From: Escherichia coli
Lineage (GTDB): Bacteria > Pseudomonadota > Gammaproteobacteria > Enterobacterales > Enterobacteriaceae
NCBI RefSeq assembly: GCF_041886205.1
Contig: NZ_CP169029.1
DNA: 64,000 bases
Reading direction: 5' to 3' (one strand)
The position numbers and the translations under genes are program-made. Positions within the stretch are counted from its first letter, which is position 1; the number at the start of each line of letters is the position of its first letter. Under the pieces are notes generated by a model, which was not told where the DNA came from, did no database searches, and saw only the letters and a program-made list of their open reading frames with translations. Positions 22,452-34,197 of this stretch are shown here, in pieces.

Positions 22452-23270
22452 ATGACCACACGCGTGATTGCTCTCGACTTAGACGGCACCTTATTGACCC
22501 CGAAAAAGACCCTGCTTCCTTCATCGATAGAAGCCCTGGCCCGCGCTCGCGAAGCAGGCTATCAATTAATCATCGTCACAGGTCGCCATCACGTCGCTAT
22601 TCATCCTTTTTATCAGGCGCTGGCGCTGGATACACCTGCTATTTGCTGTAATGGCACCTATTTGTATGATTATCATGCAAAAACCGTGCTGGAAGCGGAC
22701 CCAATGCCCGTTATTAAAGCCCTGCAACTCATTGAGATGCTGAATGAACACCACATTCACGGTCTGATGTATGTCGATGATGCAATGGTCTATGAGCACC
22801 CGACCGGGCATGTCATTCGCACATCTAACTGGGCGCAAACCCTGCCGCCGGAACAGCGTCCGACTTTCACACAAGTCGCTTCTCTGGCTGAAACGGCGCA
22901 ACAAGTTAACGCCGTATGGAAGTTCGCCCTGACGCACGATGACCTGCCGCAATTGCAGCATTTTGGTAAGCATGTCGAACATGAACTGGGACTGGAGTGT
23001 GAATGGTCCTGGCACGATCAGGTTGATATTGCACGCGGCGGCAACAGCAAAGGTAAACGTTTGACGAAATGGGTTGAGGCGCAAGGTTGGTCGATGGAAA
23101 ACGTCGTGGCATTCGGCGATAACTTTAATGATATCAGTATGCTGGAAGCCGCTGGTACAGGCGTGGCGATGGGCAACGCCGATGACGCGGTAAAAGCGCG
23201 CGCCAACATTGTGATTGGTGATAACACCACCGACAGCATTGCCCAATTCATTTATAGCCACCTGATTTAA
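22452..23270 (+). CDS. ybhA: HAD-family phosphatase YbhA (Cof-like)
   Basis: Start MTTRVIALDLDGTLLTPKK… (HAD motif I DxDGT), 272 aa; the ORF track begins far upstream at 22350. Confidence 0.85.
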   Translation: MTTRVIALDLDGTLLTPKKTLLPSSIEALARAREAGYQLIIVTGRHHVAIHPFYQALALDTPAICCNGTYLYDYHAKTVLEADPMPVIKALQLIEMLNEHHIHGLMYVDDAMVYEHPTGHVIRTSNWAQTLPPEQRPTFTQVASLAETAQQVNAVWKFALTHDDLPQLQHFGKHVEHELGLECEWSWHDQVDIARGGNSKGKRLTKWVEAQGWSMENVVAFGDNFNDISMLEAAGTGVAMGNADDAVKARANIVIGDNTTDSIAQFIYSHLI

Positions 23271-24329
23271 TCAGGCGGTTATCGACACACTTTTAATTTG
23301 CGCGTACAGCCACAGGCCAGGTTTGATCGCCAGTTCATCCCTGGCCCACGGGCTGATACGCGCCCACAGCGTTTTACCGCCGACTTCCAGTTCCACTTCC
23401 ACCTGGCCGTTGTCGTCATAACTATTAACAACTTTTGCCCGCAATACGTTACGAATGCTGGTTTGCTGCGGCGGTTGTAAAACCAGAGAAACATCGGAAG
23501 CCTGAATGCGGATACGTAGCGCAGCTTGCAGCGGTTCGTCCAGCTTATTGACCCACAAATGCTGATCGCCCAGCGCCAGCGCGGTCATCGCGTAATGCGG
23601 ATGATGCTCAAGCACCGTCACTTTCAGAATGCTACTTTGTTGCTCTTTCGGCAGCCACGGATTCATCACGCTACTGCCCCACACTTCCTCCAGCGCGCCA
23701 AAGGCTTTCACCTGACCGTTTTCCAGTACCATCACTCTGTCTGCCAGATGGAGGATCTCATCCAGCGAATGGCTGACATACAACATCGGAATGTTGATTT
23801 CCCGTGTCAGCCGTTGCAGATAAGGCAACAGTTCGCGTTTACGCGGAATATCCAGTGACGCCAGCGGTTCATCCAGCAACAGCAATTCCGGTGCTGTCAG
23901 CAAAGCCCGACCAATCGCCACGCGCTGTTTTTCGCCTCCGGACAGGCTGCCTGGTAAACGGTCAAGCAACGGTTCAATGCCTAAAAGCGCCACCAGCTTA
24001 TCGAACTGATCGACCATACTTTTCGACATGCCGTAGCGCAGATTGCCACGCACTTTGTAATGCGGGAACAGCCGCGCATCCTGAAAAACATAGCCAACGC
24101 GACGCTTTTCCGGCGTCAGGCAGATACCTTTTTCGGCATCATTTAGTACCCGCCCATTGAGGACAATCCGCCCTTTTTGCGGGCGCGTCAGTCCACTGAT
24201 GGCGTTAATCAGCGAAGTTTTTCCGGCACCGGAGACGCCAAAGATAGCAGTGATGCCATTGGCGGGCAGCGTTTCATTAATAGTCAGGCAATGGTTGCCC
24301 AACGTCTGGGAAAAATTCAGTTCCAGCAT
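23271..24329 (-). CDS. modC: Molybdate ABC transporter ATP-binding subunit
   Basis: Walker [13 protein letters not shown] signature LSGGEKQR, 352 aa. Confidence 0.9.
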
Positions 24330-24331
24330 GA

Positions 24332-25021
24332 TTAGCGCCCCGCCCGTTCACGGCTGATTCTGGCCAGCCATTCTGAAATCAACAGGGAGATCATCGCCAG
24401 CGCAATAGAAATAATGCACAGTCTCGCCGCTCCACTTTCCCCGCCGGGGGTCTGGATCAGGGTATACATGGCAGAAGGAATGGTTCGCGTTTCACCAGGA
24501 ATGTTCGACACAAAGGTGATGGTTGCACCAAACTCACCGAGAGAACGAGCAAAAGCCAGTACCGTACCAACAATAATTCCCGGTAAGGTCAGCGGTAACG
24601 TGATAGTAAAGAAAACGCGCCAGCGCCCGGCCCCCAGTGTTCTTGCGGCCTGTTCCAGTTTGACATCAACCCCTTCCAGCGCCAGACGAATTGCCCGCAC
24701 CATCAGCGGAAACGACATGACGGCGGCAGCGAGAACCGCGCCGCGCCAGCTAAAGGCGAAGGTAATACCAAACCAGTCATACAGACGTTCACCGATAAAT
24801 CCGCGCCGTCCCATCGAAACTAATAATAAGTAACCGACGACCACGGGCGGTAACACCAGCGGTAGATGCAGTACGCTGTCGAGCAGAGCTTTGCCCGGAA
24901 ACGTGCAACGCACCAGTAACCAGGCAAAAAAGATCCCAAACGGCAGGCTAAACAGCACAGCCAGGGAAGAAACTTTCAGGCTTAATAAAACTGCCTGCCA
25001 TTCTGGATCGGTCAGTATCAT
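24332..25021 (-). CDS. modB: Molybdate ABC transporter permease
   Basis: 229-aa membrane protein with permease EAA-type loop. Confidence 0.9.
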
Positions 25022-25794
25022 TACTTGATTGTAAATCCGTAACGTTTAAAGATTTCCGCTGCCTGCGGTCCCTTCAGATAATCATAAAATGCTTTCACTG
25101 TCGCATTGTTATGCCCTTCCACAACAGCAACCGGATATTCCACTTTTTTATGTGAATCTTCCGGGAAGGTGGCAACCACTTTTACCCCTTTGCTGGCAAC
25201 TGCGTCAGAACCGTAGACAATGCCCAGAGGCGCTTCGTTACGTTCGACCAGCGCCAGCGCCCCACGAACATCTTCCGCTGGGGCCAGTTTCGGAGAGAGC
25301 GTATCCCATGCGCCCAGTTTTTGCAGTGCTTCTTTTGCATAAATGCCAGCGGGAACATGTTCCGGATCGCCAACCGCCAGGCGACCGCCATTCAGCAGTG
25401 AAGTCCAGTTGGTTTTGCTGTCGATGGTGAAATCTTTCTGCACGCTGGCTTTCGGTGCTACAACGACCAGGCTATTGCCGAGCAGTGTCTGACGCGTAGC
25501 TGTATCGATCGCTTTTTTATCAACCGCATAATCCATCCATTTCTGATCGGCAGAAATAAACAGATCCGCAGGCGCACCCGCTTCAATCTGACGGGCGAGA
25601 GTAGATGACGAAGCGAAAGAAGAAACCACATCCACGCCTTTCTCTTTTTTAAACTGCGTAGCAATGTCCTGCATTGCGTTAGTCAGTGATGCGGCGGCGA
25701 ACACCGTGATTTTCCCTTCATCTGCCAGTGCATTGCCAGCAACAGCGAAAGAGAGTGCCGCCCCGGCAAACAAGTTCAACCATTTACGAGCCAT
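25021..25794 (-). CDS. modA: Periplasmic molybdate-binding protein
   Basis: 257 aa with signal peptide MARKWLNLFAGAALSFAVAGNALA. Confidence 0.9.
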   Translation of the reverse strand: MARKWLNLFAGAALSFAVAGNALADEGKITVFAAASLTNAMQDIATQFKKEKGVDVVSSFASSSTLARQIEAGAPADLFISADQKWMDYAVDKKAIDTATRQTLLGNSLVVVAPKASVQKDFTIDSKTNWTSLLNGGRLAVGDPEHVPAGIYAKEALQKLGAWDTLSPKLAPAEDVRGALALVERNEAPLGIVYGSDAVASKGVKVVATFPEDSHKKVEYPVAVVEGHNNATVKAFYDYLKGPQAAEIFKRYGFTIK

Positions 25795-25805
25795 TGGTAA
25801 CCCCT

Positions 25806-25837
25806 TAATGTAACGTTATGTAGGCGACAATATAACG
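25806..25837. promoter_or_regulatory. ModE operator upstream of modA
   Basis: Minus-strand sequence CGTTATATTGTCGCCTACATAACGTTACATTA, the palindromic ModE box. Confidence 0.6.
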
Positions 25838-25960
25838 ACTAACTCGGAATTTTCCCAGCAGTTATTGCTAACCTTTGTGAGGTAGATAAGAAAAAATATC
25901 GGCAGGAAAAGCAGGAAGTTGAGAAAAAGAAAATGCCCGACTAAGCGGGCATTCAGGGAA

Positions 25961-26128
<168 letters not shown>

Positions 26129-26238
26129 TCATGAGACTATTCTAACCGCTAAGCACAGAAAAGCACTCCCCTTTTGTGCGGTCAGCTTTGCGTGGCGTTC
26201 GTTTTCCGTCACAATAAGACTTTTGCCAGGACATTGTT

Positions 26239-27027
26239 ATGCAGGCCGAAATCCTTCTCACCCTTAAGCTCCAACAAAAATTATTCGCCGACCCGCGCCG
26301 CATTTCGCTACTAAAACACATTGCGCTTTCCGGTTCCATTAGCCAGGGAGCGAAAGATGCCGGTATTAGCTATAAAAGCGCCTGGGATGCCATTAACGAG
26401 ATGAATCAGTTAAGTGAGCATATTCTGGTCGAGCGCGCAACAGGCGGTAAAGGTGGCGGCGGCGCAGTACTGACCCGCTATGGTCAGCGACTGATTCAGC
26501 TCTATGACTTACTGGCGCAAATCCAGCAAAAAGCCTTTGATGTGTTAAGTGACGATGACGCCCTGCCGCTGAACAGCCTGCTGGCCGCGATCTCACGTTT
26601 TTCACTGCAAACCAGCGCCCGTAACCAGTGGTTCGGTACCATCACCGCCCGCGATCATGATGACGTTCAACAGCATGTTGATGTCTTACTGGCTGACGGA
26701 AAAACACGCCTGAAAGTCGCAATTACCGCACAAAGCGGCGCGCGTCTGGGGCTGGATGAAGGCAAAGAAGTGTTGATATTGCTAAAAGCGCCGTGGGTAG
26801 GTATTACTCAGGACGAGGCGGTCGCGCAAAACGCTGACAACCAATTACCGGGTATTATTAGTCATATTGAGCGCGGCGCAGAGCAGTGCGAAGTATTAAT
26901 GGCGCTACCCGACGGGCAAACACTGTGCGCCACAGTGCCGGTAAATGAAGCGACTTCTCTTCAGCAAGGACAGAATGTCACGGCCTACTTTAATGCCGAC
27001 AGCGTGATTATCGCCACGCTGTGCTAA
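26239..27027 (+). CDS. modE: Molybdate-responsive transcriptional regulator
   Basis: 262 aa, MQAEILLTLKLQQKLFADPRRISLLKHIALSGSISQGAKDAGISYKSAWDAINEMN…. Confidence 0.9.
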   Translation: MQAEILLTLKLQQKLFADPRRISLLKHIALSGSISQGAKDAGISYKSAWDAINEMNQLSEHILVERATGGKGGGGAVLTRYGQRLIQLYDLLAQIQQKAFDVLSDDDALPLNSLLAAISRFSLQTSARNQWFGTITARDHDDVQQHVDVLLADGKTRLKVAITAQSGARLGLDEGKEVLILLKAPWVGITQDEAVAQNADNQLPGIISHIERGAEQCEVLMALPDGQTLCATVPVNEATSLQQGQNVTAYFNADSVIIATLC

Positions 27028-27094
27028 GCGTGTTGACAATTTGTTATGAAACACGTATCCCTGTCAGTAATCGCTGCACAAAGTGGGATATAAA

Positions 27095-28567
27095 ATGTCA
27101 TCGTTGCAAATTTTGCAAGGCACGTTTCGTCTTAGCGACACAAAAACGCTGCAATTGCCTCAGCTAACGTTAAACGCGGGTGATAGTTGGGCGTTTGTCG
27201 GTTCGAATGGAAGCGGGAAATCGGCCCTGGCCCGCGCGCTGGCGGGGGAACTTCCGCTTTTGAAAGGTGAACGGCAAAGCCAGTTTTCCCACATCACTCG
27301 TCTCTCCTTCGAGCAATTGCAAAAACTCGTCAGCGACGAATGGCAGCGGAATAACACCGATATGCTCGGCCCTGGCGAAGATGACACCGGACGCACTACG
27401 GCTGAGATCATTCAGGATGAAGTAAAGGATGCACCGCGTTGCATGCAACTGGCGCAGCAGTTCGGTATTACCGCCCTCCTCGACCGACGCTTTAAATACC
27501 TTTCCACTGGCGAGACGCGAAAAACCCTGCTGTGTCAGGCGCTGATGTCGGAGCCTGACTTGTTGATTCTTGATGAGCCGTTCGATGGCCTGGATGTTGC
27601 CTCACGTCAGCAGCTGGCTGAGCGACTCGCCTCGTTACATCAGTCCGGTATTACTCTGGTACTGGTGCTCAATCGCTTCGATGAGATCCCGGAGTTTGTC
27701 CAGTTTGCTGGCGTGCTGGCGGATTGCACGTTAGCGGAAACTGGCGCTAAAGAGGAACTGCTCCAACAAGCACTCGTCGCGCAACTGGCGCATAGTGAAC
27801 AGCTTGAAGGTGTGCAACTGCCGGAGCCGGATGAACCTTCAGCACGTCACGCCTTACCCGCCAACGAACCGCGCATTGTGCTGAACAATGGCGTGGTTTC
27901 TTATAACGATCGCCCCATTCTTAATAACCTTAGCTGGCAGGTGAATCCAAGCGAACACTGGCAAATTGTCGGGCCAAATGGTGCAGGAAAATCGACGTTA
28001 TTAAGCCTGGTTACTGGCGATCATCCGCAAGGTTACAGCAACGATTTGACGCTTTTCGGACGACGTCGCGGCAGCGGCGAAACCATCTGGGATATCAAAA
28101 AGCATATCGGTTACGTCAGCAGTAGTTTGCATCTGGATTACCGGGTCAGCACTACCGTGCGTAATGTGATTCTTTCTGGCTATTTTGATTCGATTGGCAT
28201 TTATCAGGCCGTTTCGGATCGCCAGCAAAAACTGGTGCAGCAGTGGCTGGATATTCTCGGCATTGATAAACGCACGGCTGACGCTCCGTTCCATAGTCTT
28301 TCCTGGGGACAGCAGCGTCTGGCGCTGATTGTCCGCGCACTGGTGAAACATCCGACGTTGCTTATTCTCGATGAACCACTACAGGGGCTTGATCCGCTGA
28401 ATCGCCAGCTTATCCGCCGTTTTGTTGATGTGCTGATTAGCGAAGGTGAAACGCAATTGTTGTTTGTTTCGCACCACGCTGAAGATGCGCCTGCCTGTAT
28501 TACCCATCGTCTTGAGTTCGTGCCGGACGGTGGACTCTATCGCTATGTGCTGACAAAAATATATTGA
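27095..28567 (+). CDS. modF: ABC-type ATPase ModF (two ABC domains)
   Basis: Start MSSLQILQGTFRLSD…; two Walker A motifs (GSNGSGKS, GPNGAGKS); 490 aa. Confidence 0.85.
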   Translation: MSSLQILQGTFRLSDTKTLQLPQLTLNAGDSWAFVGSNGSGKSALARALAGELPLLKGERQSQFSHITRLSFEQLQKLVSDEWQRNNTDMLGPGEDDTGRTTAEIIQDEVKDAPRCMQLAQQFGITALLDRRFKYLSTGETRKTLLCQALMSEPDLLILDEPFDGLDVASRQQLAERLASLHQSGITLVLVLNRFDEIPEFVQFAGVLADCTLAETGAKEELLQQALVAQLAHSEQLEGVQLPEPDEPSARHALPANEPRIVLNNGVVSYNDRPILNNLSWQVNPSEHWQIVGPNGAGKSTLLSLVTGDHPQGYSNDLTLFGRRRGSGETIWDIKKHIGYVSSSLHLDYRVSTTVRNVILSGYFDSIGIYQAVSDRQQKLVQQWLDILGIDKRTADAPFHSLSWGQQRLALIVRALVKHPTLLILDEPLQGLDPLNRQLIRRFVDVLISEGETQLLFVSHHAEDAPACITHRLEFVPDGGLYRYVLTKIY

Positions 28568-28733
28568 GTCGGTAGTGCTGACCTTGCCGGAGGCGGCCTT
28601 AGCGCCCTCTCCGGCCAACGGTTCGACGCATGCAGGCATGAAACCGCGTCTTTTTTCAGATAAAAAGCGCAATCATTCATAAACCCTCTGTTTTATAATC
28701 ACTTAATCGCGCATAAAAAACGGCTAAATTCTT

Positions 28734-28749
28734 GTGTAAACGATTCCAC
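28734..28749. promoter_or_regulatory. gal operator OE (GalR/GalS site) within the gal P1/P2 promoter region
   Basis: GTGTAAACGATTCCAC followed by …TTTGTTATGCTATGGTTATTTCATACC (the -10 region). Confidence 0.85.
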
Positions 28750-28827
28750 TAATTTATTCCATGTCACACTTTTCGCATCTTTGTTATGCTATGGTTATTT
28801 CATACCATAAGCCTAATGGAGCGAATT

Positions 28828-29844
28828 ATGAGAGTTCTGGTTACCGGTGGTAGCGGTTACATTGGAAGTCATACCTGTGTGCAATTACTGCAAAACGGTC
28901 ATGATGTCATCATTCTTGATAACCTCTGTAACAGTAAGCGCAGCGTACTGCCTGTTCTCGAGCGTTTAGGCGGCAAACATCCAACGTTTGTTGAAGGCGA
29001 TATTCGTAACGAAGCGTTGATGACCGAGATCCTGCACGATCACGCTATCGACACCGTGATCCACTTCGCCGGGCTGAAAGCCGTGGGCGAATCGGTACAA
29101 AAACCGCTGGAATATTACGACAACAATGTCAACGGCACTCTGCGCCTGATTAGCGCCATGCGCGCCGCTAACGTCAAAAACTTTATTTTTAGCTCCTCCG
29201 CCACCGTTTATGGCGATCAGCCCAAAATTCCATACGTTGAAAGCTTCCCGACCGGCACACCGCAAAGCCCTTACGGCAAAAGCAAGCTGATGGTGGAACA
29301 GATCCTCACCGATCTGCAAAAAGCCCAGCCGGACTGGAGCATTGCCCTGCTGCGCTACTTCAACCCGGTTGGCGCGCATCCGTCGGGCGATATGGGCGAA
29401 GATCCGCAAGGCATTCCGAATAACCTGATGCCATACATCGCCCAGGTTGCTGTAGGCCGTCGCGACTCGCTGGCGATTTTTGGTAACGATTATCCGACCG
29501 AAGATGGTACTGGCGTACGCGATTACATCCACGTAATGGATCTGGCGGACGGTCACGTCGTGGCGATGGAAAAACTGGCGAACAAGCCAGGCGTACACAT
29601 CTACAACCTCGGCGCTGGCGTAGGCAGCAGCGTGCTGGACGTGGTTAATGCCTTCAGCAAAGCCTGCGGCAAACCGGTTAATTATCATTTTGCACCGCGT
29701 CGCGAGGGCGACCTTCCGGCCTACTGGGCGGACGCCAGCAAAGCCGACCGTGAACTGAACTGGCGCGTAACGCGCACACTCGATGAAATGGCGCAGGACA
29801 CCTGGCACTGGCAGTCACGCCATCCACAGGGATATCCCGATTAA
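28828..29844 (+). CDS. galE: UDP-glucose 4-epimerase
   Basis: MRVLVTGGSGYIGSHTCVQLLQNGHDVIILDNLCNSKRSVL…, 338 aa. Confidence 0.95.
   Translation: MRVLVTGGSGYIGSHTCVQLLQNGHDVIILDNLCNSKRSVLPVLERLGGKHPTFVEGDIRNEALMTEILHDHAIDTVIHFAGLKAVGESVQKPLEYYDNNVNGTLRLISAMRAANVKNFIFSSSATVYGDQPKIPYVESFPTGTPQSPYGKSKLMVEQILTDLQKAQPDWSIALLRYFNPVGAHPSGDMGEDPQGIPNNLMPYIAQVAVGRRDSLAIFGNDYPTEDGTGVRDYIHVMDLADGHVVAMEKLANKPGVHIYNLGAGVGSSVLDVVNAFSKACGKPVNYHFAPRREGDLPAYWADASKADRELNWRVTRTLDEMAQDTWHWQSRHPQGYPD
28847..28862. promoter_or_regulatory. gal operator OI inside the galE coding start
   Basis: GTGGTAGCGGTTACAT, about 113 bp from OE. Confidence 0.85.
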
Positions 29845-29853
29845 GGAACGACC

Positions 29854-30900
29854 ATGACGCAATTTAATCCCGTTGATCATCCACATCGCCGCTACAACCC
29901 GCTCACCGGGCAATGGATTCTGGTTTCACCGCACCGCGCTAAGCGCCCCTGGCAGGGGGCGCAGGAAACGCCAGCCAAACAGGTGTTACCTGCGCACGAT
30001 CCAGATTGCTTCCTCTGCGCAGGTAATGTGCGGGTGACAGGCGATAAAAACCCCGATTACACCGGGACTTACGTTTTCACTAATGACTTTGCGGCTTTGA
30101 TGTCTGACACGCCAGATGCGCCAGAAAGTCACGATCCGCTGATGCGTTGCCAGAGCGCGCGCGGCACCAGCCGGGTGATCTGCTTTTCACCGGATCACAG
30201 TAAAACGCTGCCAGAGCTCAGCGTTGCAGCATTGACGGAAATCGTCAAAACCTGGCAGGAGCAAACCGCAGAACTGGGGAAAACGTACCCATGGGTGCAG
30301 GTTTTTGAAAACAAAGGCGCGGCGATGGGCTGCTCTAACCCGCATCCGCACGGTCAGATTTGGGCAAATAGCTTCCTGCCTAACGAAGCTGAGCGCGAAG
30401 ACCGCCTGCAAAAAGAATATTTTGCCGAACAGAAATCACCAATGCTGGTGGATTATGTTCAGCGCGAGCTGGCAGACGGTAGCCGTACCGTTGTCGAAAC
30501 CGAACACTGGTTAGCCGTCGTGCCTTACTGGGCTGCCTGGCCGTTCGAAACGCTACTGCTGCCCAAAGCCCACGTTTTACGGATCACCGATTTGACCGAC
30601 GCCCAGCGCAGCGATCTGGCGCTGGCGTTGAAAAAGCTGACCAGTCGTTATGACAACCTCTTCCAGTGCTCCTTCCCCTACTCTATGGGCTGGCACGGCG
30701 CGCCATTTAATGGCGAAGAGAATCAACACTGGCAGCTGCACGCGCACTTTTATCCGCCTCTGCTGCGCTCCGCCACCGTACGTAAATTTATGGTTGGTTA
30801 TGAAATGCTGGCAGAGACCCAGCGAGACCTGACCGCAGAACAGGCAGCAGAGCGTTTGCGCGCAGTCAGCGATATCCATTTTCGCGAATCCGGAGTGTAA
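29854..30900 (+). CDS. galT: Galactose-1-phosphate uridylyltransferase
   Basis: 348 aa, HIT-like motifs (…[16 protein letters not shown]…). Confidence 0.95.
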
Positions 30901-30903
30901 GAA

Positions 30904-32052
30904 ATGAGTCTGAAAGAAAAAACACAATCTCTGTTTGCCAACGCATTTGGTTACCCTGCCACTCACACCATTCAGGCGCCTGGCCGCGTGAATTTGATTG
31001 GTGAACACACCGACTACAACGACGGTTTCGTTCTGCCCTGCGCGATTGATTATCAAACCGTGATCAGTTGTGCACCACGCGATGACCGTAAAGTTCGCGT
31101 GATGGCAGCCGATTATGAAAATCAGCTCGACGAGTTTTCCCTCGATGCGCCCATTGTCGCACATGAAAACTATCAATGGGCTAACTACGTTCGTGGCGTG
31201 GTGAAACATCTGCAACTGCGTAACAACAGCTTCGGCGGCGTGGACATGGTGATCAGCGGCAATGTGCCGCAGGGTGCCGGGTTAAGTTCTTCCGCTTCAC
31301 TGGAAGTCGCGGTCGGAACCGTATTGCAGCAGCTTTATCATCTGCCGCTGGACGGCGCACAAATCGCGCTTAACGGTCAGGAAGCAGAAAACCAGTTTGT
31401 AGGCTGTAACTGCGGGATCATGGATCAGCTAATTTCCGCGCTCGGCAAGAAAGATCATGCCTTGCTGATCGATTGCCGCTCACTGGGGACCAAAGCAGTT
31501 TCCATGCCCAAAGGTGTGGCTGTCGTCATCATCAACAGTAACTTCAAACGTACCCTGGTTGGCAGCGAATACAACACCCGTCGTGAACAGTGCGAAACCG
31601 GTGCGCGTTTCTTCCAGCAGCCAGCCCTGCGTGATGTCACCATTGAAGAGTTCAACGCTGTTGCGCATGAACTGGACCCGATCGTGGCAAAACGCGTGCG
31701 TCATATACTGACTGAAAACGCCCGCACCGTTGAAGCTGCCAGCGCGCTGGAGCAAGGCGACCTGAAACGTATGGGCGAGTTGATGGCGGAGTCTCATGCC
31801 TCTATGCGCGATGATTTCGAAATCACCGTGCCGCAAATTGACACTCTGGTAGAAATCGTCAAAGCTGTGATTGGCGACAAAGGTGGCGTACGCATGACCG
31901 GCGGCGGATTTGGCGGCTGTATCGTCGCGCTAATCCCGGAAGAGCTGGTGCCTGCCGTACAGCAAGCTGTCGCTGAACAATATGAAGAAAAAACAGGTAT
32001 TAAAGAGACTTTTTACGTTTGTAAACCATCACAAGGAGCAGGACAGTGCTGA
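30904..32052 (+). CDS. galK: Galactokinase
   Basis: 382 aa, GHMP kinase motifs ([16 protein letters not shown], …[11 protein letters not shown]…). Confidence 0.95.
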   Translation: MSLKEKTQSLFANAFGYPATHTIQAPGRVNLIGEHTDYNDGFVLPCAIDYQTVISCAPRDDRKVRVMAADYENQLDEFSLDAPIVAHENYQWANYVRGVVKHLQLRNNSFGGVDMVISGNVPQGAGLSSSASLEVAVGTVLQQLYHLPLDGAQIALNGQEAENQFVGCNCGIMDQLISALGKKDHALLIDCRSLGTKAVSMPKGVAVVIINSNFKRTLVGSEYNTRREQCETGARFFQQPALRDVTIEEFNAVAHELDPIVAKRVRHILTENARTVEAASALEQGDLKRMGELMAESHASMRDDFEITVPQIDTLVEIVKAVIGDKGGVRMTGGGFGGCIVALIPEELVPAVQQAVAEQYEEKTGIKETFYVCKPSQGAGQC

Positions 32053-33086
32053 ACGAAACTCCCGCACTGGCACCCGATGGTCAGCCGTACCGACTGTTAA
32101 CTTTGCGTAACAACGCAGGGATGGTAGTCACGCTGATGGACTGGGGTGCGACTTTACTTTCCGCCCGTATTCCGCTTTCCGATGGCAGCGTCCGCGAGGC
32201 GCTGCTCGGCTGTGCCAGCCCGGAATGCTATCAGGATCAGGCCGCGTTTCTGGGGGCCTCTATTGGTCGTTATGCCAACCGTATCGCCAATAGCCGTTAT
32301 ACCTTTGACGGTGAAACCGTGACGCTTTCGCCAAGTCAGGGCGTTAACCAGCTGCACGGCGGGCCGGAAGGGTTCGACAAACGTCGCTGGCAGATTGTGA
32401 ACCAGAACGATCGTCAGGTGCTGTTTGCCCTGAGTTCAGATGATGGTGATCAGGGCTTCCCGGGTAATCTCGGCGCGACGGTGCAATATCGTCTGACCGA
32501 CGATAACCGTATCTCCATTACTTATCGCGCCACAGTTGATAAACCTTGCCCGGTGAATATGACTAATCACGTCTATTTCAATCTTGACGGCGAGCACTCT
32601 GACGTGCGCAATCACAAGTTGCAGATTCTGGCGGACGAATATCTGCCGGTTGATGAAGGCGGCATTCCGCACGACGGCCTGAAATCTGTCGCCGGAACGT
32701 CTTTTGATTTCCGCAGCGCCAAAATCATCGCCAGTGAGTTTCTTGCCGACGACGATCAGCGCAAAGTGAAAGGTTACGATCACGCATTCTTGTTACAGGC
32801 CAAAGGCGATGGCAAGAAAGTGGCGGCGCATGTCTGGTCAGCAGATGAAAAATTGCAGCTGAAGGTCTACACCACCGCTCCGGCTCTGCAATTCTACTCC
32901 GGCAACTTCCTCGGCGGCACACCGTCGCGGGGAACCGAACCTTACGCCGACTGGCAAGGGCTGGCTCTGGAAAGCGAGTTTCTACCGGACAGCCCGAACC
33001 ACCCTGAATGGCCGCAACCGGACTGCTTCCTGCGTCCTGGCGAAGAGTATTCCAGCCTGACGGAATATCAGTTTATTGCTGAGTAA
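32046..33086 (+). CDS. galM: Aldose 1-epimerase (galactose mutarotase)
   Basis: 346 aa, overlaps the galK stop. Confidence 0.95.
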   Translation: MLNETPALAPDGQPYRLLTLRNNAGMVVTLMDWGATLLSARIPLSDGSVREALLGCASPECYQDQAAFLGASIGRYANRIANSRYTFDGETVTLSPSQGVNQLHGGPEGFDKRRWQIVNQNDRQVLFALSSDDGDQGFPGNLGATVQYRLTDDNRISITYRATVDKPCPVNMTNHVYFNLDGEHSDVRNHKLQILADEYLPVDEGGIPHDGLKSVAGTSFDFRSAKIIASEFLADDDQRKVKGYDHAFLLQAKGDGKKVAAHVWSADEKLQLKVYTTAPALQFYSGNFLGGTPSRGTEPYADWQGLALESEFLPDSPNHPEWPQPDCFLRPGEEYSSLTEYQFIAE

Positions 33087-33091
33087 TGTTA

Positions 33092-33118
33092 AGCCCTCGT
33101 CATGAGGGCTTTATCTCA
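33092..33118 (+). terminator. Rho-independent terminator after galM
   Basis: AGCCCTCGTCATGAGGGCT hairpin followed by TTATCTCATATTG. Confidence 0.6.
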
Positions 33119-33287
33119 TATTGTTCAAATCACCAGCAAACACCGACATATTTGCAACTCAATATTCACAACAACCTTACACTGCGCCACTATTTTCGCT
33201 ATGGTTATGCGTAAGCATTGCTGTTGCTTCGTCGCGGCAATATAATGAGAATTATTATCATTAAAAGATGATTTGAGGAGTAAGTAT

Positions 33288-34040
33288 ATGGCTGTAACTA
33301 AGCTGGTTCTGGTTCGTCATGGCGAAAGTCAGTGGAACAAAGAAAACCGTTTCACCGGTTGGTACGACGTGGATCTGTCTGAGAAAGGCGTAAGCGAAGC
33401 AAAAGCAGCAGGTAAGCTGCTGAAAGAGGAAGGTTACAGCTTTGACTTTGCTTACACTTCTGTGCTGAAACGCGCTATCCATACCCTGTGGAATGTGCTG
33501 GACGAACTGGATCAGGCATGGCTGCCCGTTGAGAAATCCTGGAAACTGAACGAACGTCACTACGGTGCGTTGCAGGGTCTGAACAAAGCGGAAACTGCTG
33601 AAAAGTATGGCGACGAGCAGGTGAAACAGTGGCGTCGTGGTTTTGCAGTGACTCCGCCGGAACTGACTAAAGATGATGAGCGTTATCCGGGTCACGATCC
33701 GCGTTACGCGAAACTGAGCGAGAAAGAACTGCCGCTGACGGAAAGCCTGGCGCTGACCATTGACCGCGTGATCCCTTACTGGAATGAAACTATTCTGCCG
33801 CGTATGAAGAGCGGTGAGCGCGTGATCATCGCTGCACACGGTAACTCTTTACGTGCGCTGGTGAAATATCTTGATAACATGAGCGAAGAAGAGATTCTTG
33901 AGCTTAATATCCCGACTGGCGTGCCGCTGGTGTATGAGTTCGACGAGAATTTCAAACCGCTGAAACGCTATTATCTGGGTAATGCTGACGAGATCGCAGC
34001 GAAAGCAGCGGCGGTTGCAAACCAGGGTAAAGCGAAGTAA
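33288..34040 (+). CDS. gpmA: 2,3-bisphosphoglycerate-dependent phosphoglycerate mutase
   Basis: [34 protein letters not shown]… 250 aa; the ORF track begins 5 codons upstream. Confidence 0.95.
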
Positions 34041-34063
34041 ACGTCATTCGTTTAAAATGAGAA

Positions 34064-34092
34064 AGCCGACTGCAAGTGAGTCGGCTTTTTTG
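34064..34092 (+). terminator. Rho-independent terminator after gpmA
   Basis: AGCCGACTGCAAGTGAGTCGGCTTTTTTG. Confidence 0.8.
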
Positions 34093-34113
34093 TTGCTAAC
34101 AATGGAGCACATT

Positions 34114-34190
34114 GCCTGATGCGACGCTGCGCGACTTATCAGGCCTGTGGTGATTCATCGGATACGCCACTCTGACGGCGCATCCGACAA
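34114..34190. repeat. REP element(s) between gpmA and aroG
   Basis: GCCTGATGCGACGCTGCGCGACTTATCAGGCCTG… …GACGGCGCATCCGACA. Confidence 0.75.
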
Positions 34191-34197
34191 TTAAACC